The notes beneath the pieces were generated by a model. That model was not told the origin of the DNA and ran no database searches. It worked only from the letters and a program-made list of their open reading frames with translations. This document shows, one piece after another, positions 58,207 to 64,000 of a stretch of DNA of 64,000 nt (position 1 is its first letter; every line of letters starts with the position of its first letter). The DNA comes from Tagaea sp. (lineage in GTDB: Bacteria; Pseudomonadota; Alphaproteobacteria; CACIAM-22H2): the NCBI GenBank assembly GCA_044224405.1, contig JBGAKN010000004.1:183810-247809 (forward strand), written 5' to 3'. Both the position numbers and the translations under genes were made by a program.

Positions 58207-58899
58207 ATGCAGGCAAGCGATATCATGACTCCTCGCGTGATCAGCATTTCCAGTGACGCGACCGTCGTACGCGCGATACGAACGCTCCTCCAGAATCACG
58301 TCAGCGGTCTGCCGGTCGTCGAAGCGGACGGCACGCTTGTCGGAATTGTCACGGAAGGCGATCTCCTGCGTCGGGCCGAGATCGGCACCGAGAAAATGCG
58401 TCCCCGGTGGCTCGAACTACTCGTCGGCCCCGGACAGTTGGCCGAGGATTTCACGCGGTCGCACGGCCGCAAGGTCGCGGAATTGATGACCTCGACAGTT
58501 GTCTCGGTACCCGAGAATGCGCCGCTGGAAGACGTCGTAAGGCTGATGGAACGCCATCGCATAAAGCGGATTCCCGTCGTAAAGGACGGAAAGATCGTCG
58601 GAATCATTGGCCGGGCGAACCTGCTGCACGTGCTCGCCCAGTCGATTGCAAGCCAGCATCCTGTCACCCAATCAGACTTGGCGATCCGCAAACAGATAAT
58701 CGAACAGATCGACAGGCTGACGTGGGCGCCGTCCGCGACGATCAATCCGCTGGTGAATGACGGCGTCGTCGATCTCTACGGCGTAATCCTCGACGAGCGC
58801 GAACGGCGGGCATTGTGCGTCGTCGCCGAAAACACGCCCGGCGTCAAAGCCGTCAAGGATCACCTTGTCTGGATCGAACCCTATAGCGGATTTGCCTGA
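58207..58899 (+). CDS. CBS-pair domain protein with C-terminal BON-like domain (hypoxia-associated type)
   Basis: MQASDIMTPRVISISSDATVVRAIRTLLQNHVSGLPVVEADGTLVGIVTEGDLLRR and a second CBS VAELMTSTVVSVPENAPLEDVVRLMERHRIKRIPVV. GGAG SD. Confidence 0.7.
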   Translation: MQASDIMTPRVISISSDATVVRAIRTLLQNHVSGLPVVEADGTLVGIVTEGDLLRRAEIGTEKMRPRWLELLVGPGQLAEDFTRSHGRKVAELMTSTVVSVPENAPLEDVVRLMERHRIKRIPVVKDGKIVGIIGRANLLHVLAQSIASQHPVTQSDLAIRKQIIEQIDRLTWAPSATINPLVNDGVVDLYGVILDERERRALCVVAENTPGVKAVKDHLVWIEPYSGFA

Positions 58900-58910
58900 A
58901 GCCCGGCCCA

Positions 58911-60119
58911 TTATCCGGGTTTTCCGTCGGGACGGCTCAACGCCAGGACCGGAAAATACCGGATCGCGAATATCGCAAAGCCAGCCGCCCACAAGGCACC
59001 GGACAGTCCGATCATTTCGGCGCCCGCCTCACCGGACAGATTGGGTCCGACGAGCGCCCGCCCCGCTGCACCCAAGCTGACACAGAGGTAGGCGGCGACA
59101 GTCCAGCCGTCGGCGTGGATCGGTCGGCCGGTGTGGCCAAGAGACGCACGCGTCATGACGGCAAGGATCATCGTTCCGAACGAACCCAGCGCGATCGCGT
59201 GAATTGCCATTGCGTCGGTCCCGATCCCAAGGCCTGCCGACATCGCCCGAATGGCAAACCCGAGCACGAGCCAGGCATAACCGAGATGAAGCACCCAAAC
59301 GATCGGGATGTCGCGCGTCGCGGACGGATGCCAGTGCGAAAGCCGCACGAAATTTGCGGCGGCGGCTATCGCAAAGACCACTGCGACGATCGGATCGGAC
59401 GCGCCCGCGACATCCGCGACGAACCCCGACGCTGCCGAACCGATCGAGATCGCATCGAGCCTGCTGGCTGGCTGGATAGCTATCGGCCGACCAGCCGCGC
59501 GCAACGCATTCTGCGTAAACGCCGGCACGATACGCCCGCCGATGATCGCGACAAGGACAGCAACGACACCGATCGCACCGTAGAGTGCGGTACGAGCGAC
59601 GCCAGCCCATAAGCCAAGAGCATCGAGATGCGTCACGAGATTTAGGATACCGAGCAGCATCAGAAGGACAACGATCGGCAGATTGCGCCAAAGACGCCGA
59701 CGCACGATGACAAAGCCGGCCCATGCGGCAAGGGCCGGAAGGAAGCCCACGTCGATGATCGCGTCTGCCAGCGGCGTGTCGCCGGCGAGGGTCCATGCCG
59801 AAATGCGACCGGCGAGCCAGAGCGAGGCCAATAGCGCCAGAGGCGCGCCGCGCAAGGGAGCACACCCCGTCCAGTTGGGAATGGCCGTCAGAAGGAAGCC
59901 GGCGATCGCGGCCGAAAGGAATCCAAATGCCATTTCGTGCGCATGCCATAGAGAGGACGGCAGGGCCGTGTTGATATCCAGATGTCCATGCCAGACCAGC
60001 ACCCAGCCGATCGCACCCCAGACCGCATGTAGGGCCGCTCCGAGGAAAAATGGCCTGAACCCGTAGGCGAAAAGCGCGAACCGCCTTCCATGCGCCTTCG
60101 AATGCGTCGGTCCGGTCAT
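58911..60119 (-). CDS. nnrS: NnrS-family haem-copper membrane protein (NO-stress associated)
   Basis: Start MTGPTHSKAHGRRFALFAYGFRPFFLGAALHAVWG (NnrS N-terminus) with a GGGAGAG SD. About 402 aa, 12 TM. The ORF-track 499-aa version is over-extended. Confidence 0.7.
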   Translation of the reverse strand: MTGPTHSKAHGRRFALFAYGFRPFFLGAALHAVWGAIGWVLVWHGHLDINTALPSSLWHAHEMAFGFLSAAIAGFLLTAIPNWTGCAPLRGAPLALLASLWLAGRISAWTLAGDTPLADAIIDVGFLPALAAWAGFVIVRRRLWRNLPIVVLLMLLGILNLVTHLDALGLWAGVARTALYGAIGVVAVLVAIIGGRIVPAFTQNALRAAGRPIAIQPASRLDAISIGSAASGFVADVAGASDPIVAVVFAIAAAANFVRLSHWHPSATRDIPIVWVLHLGYAWLVLGFAIRAMSAGLGIGTDAMAIHAIALGSFGTMILAVMTRASLGHTGRPIHADGWTVAAYLCVSLGAAGRALVGPNLSGEAGAEMIGLSGALWAAGFAIFAIRYFPVLALSRPDGKPG

Positions 60120-60679
60120 CGGCAGGCTCTCCCTTTGCGTCGTTCGATCATCCGCTCGGAGAGCCAGCCCATGTCGGTATCCGTCAGGCGTCTGCGCGCG
60201 AGCGGCAGAATGAAAGTGTCTTCCCATTCGAGAAGGCGGCGCTGAGATTTGACGAACCGCGCGGATAAGGATGGGAAAGTCGAAGGAATTCTTCGCGATC
60301 CCGCTACCGAAGCTAGCCCGCCGGCGATCGCCCGCAGTTCGATCGCATTCCGACCCGGCTCGGCCACAACGAGCGAGACGATCCGCTCCAGCCCGTCGGC
60401 CAGAGGACACCGGCGGTGCAGCAACGGGAACAGATCGATTTCTTCGTCCTCGAGGTGGAGCGCCAAGTCGGACTCTATGAAATCAGATGCGATGCGCGCC
60501 GACGCGGCCCGCAAATTCCTTTTCGGCTCCGGCAGTATCCGTTCGATCAAATGGAGCAATGCGCGCTGCCGATAGTGCTCGATCTCAAGGAAATCGAGCG
60601 GTTCGGCGAGCAGGCGTGGGTCTGCCGCGCCGATCTCTGTTTCACGGTCCTTGCTGCTTCGCACCCTTGCATCGGCCAT
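60116..60679 (-). CDS. Hemerythrin-like (HHE cation-binding / Ric-YtfE-like) protein
   Basis: 187 aa. LLAEPLDFLEIEHYRQRALLHLIERI and EEIDLFPLLHRR show an H/E-rich pattern typical of hemerythrin-like di-iron domains. ATGA-coupled to nnrS. Confidence 0.45.
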   Translation of the reverse strand: MADARVRSSKDRETEIGAADPRLLAEPLDFLEIEHYRQRALLHLIERILPEPKRNLRAASARIASDFIESDLALHLEDEEIDLFPLLHRRCPLADGLERIVSLVVAEPGRNAIELRAIAGGLASVAGSRRIPSTFPSLSARFVKSQRRLLEWEDTFILPLARRRLTDTDMGWLSERMIERRKGRACR

Positions 60680-60695
60680 GCATGAACCCGTCCGA

Positions 60696-61469
60696 TCAGC
60701 AATCCGCGGCGGCGAGCCCTTCGACACCGAAGCGGCCGGCAAGATCGGCAAGGTAGGTGCGGATTGCGGTGCGGTACGCCCTCTCCTCGATCTGCCGCGA
60801 GATCCGGTCCCGGACCGAACTATACGGAAGCGGACGTCCGTCCACCCGATGCAGCAGGCGGACCAAGTGGAACCCGTAGCGCGTCGGCACGGGAGCCGCA
60901 CAAGTCTCGCCTTCGTCGAGGCTGAACAGATAGGTCTCGAATTCCGGCACGGTCGTTCCACGGACGATCTGTCCGAGCCAGCCACCTTGCGAAGCCGAAG
61001 GGCACGCCGAGCGCTCGCGCGCGATTGCCTCGAACCGTTCCGGGTGACGCTCGATTTCGTTCAACGCCTCCTTCGCCGCCGCGAGTGCCGTCGCGCGGCC
61101 ATCCGGATCATCCGGTGCCGCCGCGAACAGGATGTGCTGGGCCTCCAGCAGATCCGGACTGCGCATCAGCGAACCTTTGGATTCGAAAATGGCGCGGCAT
61201 TCGGCCTCGTCGGCGGGCGGGACACTGACTTCTCGTTCGAGAACGTCTTCGATGGCCGCGGCGATCGCGGGTTCTTCCGTCGTTCCGGCATCGAGAAGCC
61301 CGAGTTCGATCGCACGCCGGCATAGCATTTCACGCACTGCGACGGCGCGTGCGGCGGCCAATTTCGACTCGGCAAGGGATTTGGCCGGCTGGTACTGCAT
61401 TTCCGCCGCGACGGCAGCTTCCGGCAGCGGCACGCCGTTGATCCGGATTTCGGGGCTGTATTCAGACAT
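60696..61469 (-). CDS. Parvulin-type peptidyl-prolyl cis-trans isomerase (PpiC/NifM-like) downstream of narI
   Basis: PPIC-type domain AQHILFAAAPDDPDGRATALAAAKEAL...ASQGGWLGQIVRGTTVPEFE. Start MSEYSPEIRING at 61469. Confidence 0.6.
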   Translation of the reverse strand: MSEYSPEIRINGVPLPEAAVAAEMQYQPAKSLAESKLAAARAVAVREMLCRRAIELGLLDAGTTEEPAIAAAIEDVLEREVSVPPADEAECRAIFESKGSLMRSPDLLEAQHILFAAAPDDPDGRATALAAAKEALNEIERHPERFEAIARERSACPSASQGGWLGQIVRGTTVPEFETYLFSLDEGETCAAPVPTRYGFHLVRLLHRVDGRPLPYSSVRDRISRQIEERAYRTAIRTYLADLAGRFGVEGLAAADC

Positions 61470-62157
61470 GGCGCGCTCCTCCGCGACGGCGGACAACCTG
61501 ATAGCTCCTGAACACATAGCCGACCGGCGCGCTCCAGATATGAACGAGCCGGGAGAACGGGAAAACCAGGAACAGCGTCATGCCGAGGACGAGATGCAGG
61601 CGGTAGGGCCACGCCACGCCTTCGACCAGCGCGACATCGCCGCCGCGCAACGTCACGACATGCTGCACCCATTCCGACAGAAGCAGCATCACAGAGCCGT
61701 CCGGATGCTGCAGCGAGTATGGGATCGTCACGAGTCCGAGCGTGAGCTGGGCCCAGAGCAGAACCACGACGGCGATATCCATGAACGAACTGGTTGCCCG
61801 GATACGCGGGTCGGTGAGCCGGCGGTGCAGCAGGATCGTCAATCCGACCCAGCAGACGATTCCAAAAACACCTCCGGCCGTCACGGCGATCATCTGCTTG
61901 AGTTCGACGCTGAGACCGAGTGCAGTGTAGAGCTCGTGGGGCGTCAGCAGTCCCACGAAATGCCCGGCAAAGATCGCGAGTACGCCGACATGGAAGAGAT
62001 TCGACCCCCATCGCAGCTGTCGCCCGCGCAGCATCTGGCTCGAACCCGAGCGCCACGAATACTGCTCCCGGTCGAACCGAACGAGGCTCCCGACGAAGAA
62101 CACCGAAAGGCAGATATAGGGATAGATTTCGAACAGGAATTTCTGGATCGCTTGCAT
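61462..62157 (-). CDS. narI: Respiratory nitrate reductase gamma subunit NarI
   Basis: 231-aa 5-TM di-haem b protein. N-terminus MQAIQKFLFEIYPYICLSVFFVGSLVRFDREQYSWRSGSSQMLR is highly conserved in NarI, with His ligands in TM2/TM5. Confidence 0.85.
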   Translation of the reverse strand: MQAIQKFLFEIYPYICLSVFFVGSLVRFDREQYSWRSGSSQMLRGRQLRWGSNLFHVGVLAIFAGHFVGLLTPHELYTALGLSVELKQMIAVTAGGVFGIVCWVGLTILLHRRLTDPRIRATSSFMDIAVVVLLWAQLTLGLVTIPYSLQHPDGSVMLLLSEWVQHVVTLRGGDVALVEGVAWPYRLHLVLGMTLFLVFPFSRLVHIWSAPVGYVFRSYQVVRRRGGARHV

Positions 62158-62175
62158 GACTCTCTCTCCTGCCGA

Positions 62176-62844
62176 TCAGTTCGCGTTCATCCGGGAAACC
62201 CACTCCGCCGCCTTCCCGCAACCGGCATCCGCCGCACCCGCGTCTCCGGGTCCGAAGCGCACTTCGGCTTCCGCCCAGTCGCGATCGATCTCCTCGAGAG
62301 TCGGATCGGTTTCCGGCAGGCCGTCGTCGGCCGGCGTGGCAGCCGCGCCCGCGATCTCGCGAACCACGGCGATAAGCCCGGCATAGGGGCTGCCGCGCTT
62401 GGAAAGGCGCATCTGGATGGGTGCCAGCAACGGCGCCACTTCCGCCAGCAGGGCGCGCGCCTCCGCGACCGGCCGCTGCCCCAGAAATTCGAGGATCACC
62501 GGCAGGTAGTCCGGCAGCTGCGAGGCCGTCAGATCGAAACCATGCTTGCGGTAATGCTCGAGGAGATCGACCATCGCCGGGCCGCGATCACGCGAATCGC
62601 CGTGCACGTGCTCGAAGAGATGCAAGGAAAGCGACCGGACACGGTCGAACAGGCCGACCCAGCGCTCCTGCAGCGTCAGGGTATCGTGCGCGGCAAGCAT
62701 CTCGATAGCGGCGTCGATGCGGGCAAGCCCCAGCGGACCGACCAACCCTTCGTTTCCGATCGCTTCACGGATCTCCGGCAGGGCCGCCTGCAGATCCGCA
62801 ACCGGATAGTCGATAAGCGCACTCAGCGCCTTGAACGTCCGCAT
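62176..62844 (-). CDS. narJ: Nitrate reductase molybdenum-cofactor assembly chaperone NarJ
   Basis: Start MRTFKALSALIDYPVADLQAAL at 62844 with a GGCGGAGG SD. About 222 aa. Between narH and narI. Confidence 0.75.
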   Translation of the reverse strand: MRTFKALSALIDYPVADLQAALPEIREAIGNEGLVGPLGLARIDAAIEMLAAHDTLTLQERWVGLFDRVRSLSLHLFEHVHGDSRDRGPAMVDLLEHYRKHGFDLTASQLPDYLPVILEFLGQRPVAEARALLAEVAPLLAPIQMRLSKRGSPYAGLIAVVREIAGAAATPADDGLPETDPTLEEIDRDWAEAEVRFGPGDAGAADAGCGKAAEWVSRMNAN

Positions 62845-62846
62845 GA

Positions 62847-64000
62847 TCAGACCTCCGCCTTTCCGGGGACTCCGGCCCGCTTGCGCGCCCCGAACAGCGA
62901 TGCTTCGTTGGGCCCATCCGAGCAGCCATTGCCGAACGTGAAGCCGCAAGACGACTTCATGTCGTAGGCATTCTCGGCATACTCGCGGTGCGTCGTCGGG
63001 ATGACGAAGCGATCCTCGTAGTTGGCGATCGCGAGCGTGCTGTACATGTCCTCGACCTTCGCCTTGTCGAGTCCGACACTCGCCAGCACGTCGAGGTCCT
63101 CGCGCGCATCGACGTGGCGCGCCCGCATGAAGGCACGCATGGCGAGCATCCGCTCGAGTGCCAGTGCCACCGGCGCCTCGTCGCCCGCCGTCAGGAGATT
63201 TGCGAGATAGCGCAGCGGAATGCGGAGAGACCGGACATCCGGAATGCCGCCGGCAGATTCGATCTTGCCCGCGTCCGCGGCCGCCTGGATGGGAGAGAGC
63301 GGCGGCACGTACCAGACCATCGGCAGCGTGCGGTATTCGGGATGCAGCGGAAACGCGATTTTCCAGTCGATCGCCATCCGGTAGACCGGGGAATTCCGGG
63401 CCGCTTCGAGCCACGCTTCCGGGATGCCTTCGGCGCGTGCCGCTTCGATCACCGCGGGATCGCGCGGATCGAGAAACACGGACAGCTGGGCGGGATACAG
63501 ACCCTTCTCGTCTTCGACGCTCGCCGCCTGCTCGATCCGGTCGGCGTCATAGAGCATGACGCCGAGATACCGGATCCTGCCGACGCACGTTTCCGAACAG
63601 ACCGTGGGCTCCCCGACTTCCAGGCGCGGATAGCACATGATGCACTTCTCGGCCTTGCCACTCTGCCAGTTGTAGTAGATTTTCTTGTAAGGACACGCCG
63701 AGACGCACATCCGCCAGCCGCGGCATTTATCCTGATCCACGAGGACAATCCCGTCCTCCTCGCGCTTGTAGATGGAACCCGACGGACAAGCCGCCACGCA
63801 GGCCGGATTGAGGCAGTGCTCGCACAGGCGCGGCAGGTAGAACATGAACGTGTTCTCGAACTGCCCGTGGATCTCCTTCTGGACCCCTTCAAAATTCCGG
63901 TCCTTGGAGCGCTTGGCGAACTCCGTACCGAGAATCTCCTCCCAGTTGGGGCCCCATTCGATCTTCTCCATGCGCCGCCCGTCAATCAACGACCGCGGCC
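62847..64000 (-). CDS. narH: Respiratory nitrate reductase beta subunit NarH, N-terminal ~140 aa beyond the window edge
   Basis: FeS cluster motifs CEHCLNPACVAACPSGSIYKREEDGIVLVDQDKCRGWRMCVSACPYKKIYYNW and CIMCYPRLEVGEPTVCSETCVGRIRYLG, nearly identical to E. coli NarH. Runs off the window end. narG expected upstream. Confidence 0.9.
   Translation of the reverse strand, partial: PRSLIDGRRMEKIEWGPNWEEILGTEFAKRSKDRNFEGVQKEIHGQFENTFMFYLPRLCEHCLNPACVAACPSGSIYKREEDGIVLVDQDKCRGWRMCVSACPYKKIYYNWQSGKAEKCIMCYPRLEVGEPTVCSETCVGRIRYLGVMLYDADRIEQAASVEDEKGLYPAQLSVFLDPRDPAVIEAARAEGIPEAWLEAARNSPVYRMAIDWKIAFPLHPEYRTLPMVWYVPPLSPIQAAADAGKIESAGGIPDVRSLRIPLRYLANLLTAGDEAPVALALERMLAMRAFMRARHVDAREDLDVLASVGLDKAKVEDMYSTLAIANYEDRFVIPTTHREYAENAYDMKSSCGFTFGNGCSDGPNEASLFGARKRAGVPGKAEV

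Noticed and set aside
58035-58256. 73-aa ORF between the FixK box and the CBS gene
   Set aside because: No SD, overlaps the CBS gene start in another frame, and has a low-complexity translation. More likely a 5' leader.

Overview
A 64 kb, very GC-rich (about 67–70 %) window of chromosomal DNA that looks alphaproteobacterial. Gene density is high and many genes are translationally coupled through ATGA overlaps. No rRNA, tRNA, CRISPR array or mobile element was recognised.

Gene content, read along the + strand:
- (a) A partial sugar ABC transporter (two permeases plus a Tat-signal SBP) and a tctBAC tripartite tricarboxylate transporter with a divergent LysR regulator.
- (b) An Fe(3+)/polyamine-type ABC transporter (PotA-like ATPase, fused double permease, SBP) and a HAD hydrolase.
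- (c) Two convergent shikimate-dehydrogenase paralogues. The canonical aroE ends a seven-gene minus-strand operon carrying a Liv/HAAT-type ABC transporter and a GlcG-like protein.
- (d) A gallate (3,4,5-trihydroxybenzoate) ring-cleavage cluster: a divergent LysR regulator, an NAD-binding oxidoreductase, galD-like tautomerase, galB-like PIG-L hydratase, and galA-like fused LigB/LigA extradiol dioxygenase.
- (e) A PP2C-like phosphatase and a second Fe(3+)-type ABC transporter.
- (f) A ROK-regulated locus, the best candidate in the window for an undescribed catabolic system. It holds a 600-aa PIG-L deacetylase fusion, a sugar ABC transporter, a catalytically intact argininosuccinate-lyase-family enzyme and a PfkB sugar kinase.
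- (g) Aerobic cobalamin genes cobF / cobGHI-cobJ (fused).
- (h) The complete ccoNOQP-ccoGHIS (fixNOQP-GHIS) cbb3 oxidase cluster with FixK/Fnr boxes.
- (i) A FixL-like haem-PAS hybrid kinase, an OmpR-family response regulator, a FixK-like Crp/Fnr regulator and a degenerate single-domain (FixT-like) receiver, followed by a CBS-domain gene.
- (j) The 3' part of a respiratory nitrate reductase operon, narH (partial), narJ and narI, followed by a parvulin PPIase, a hemerythrin-like protein and nnrS.

Notable noncoding feature: an AT-rich island at about 28.97–29.14 kb with a near-perfect sigma70 promoter and hairpins, a candidate small RNA.
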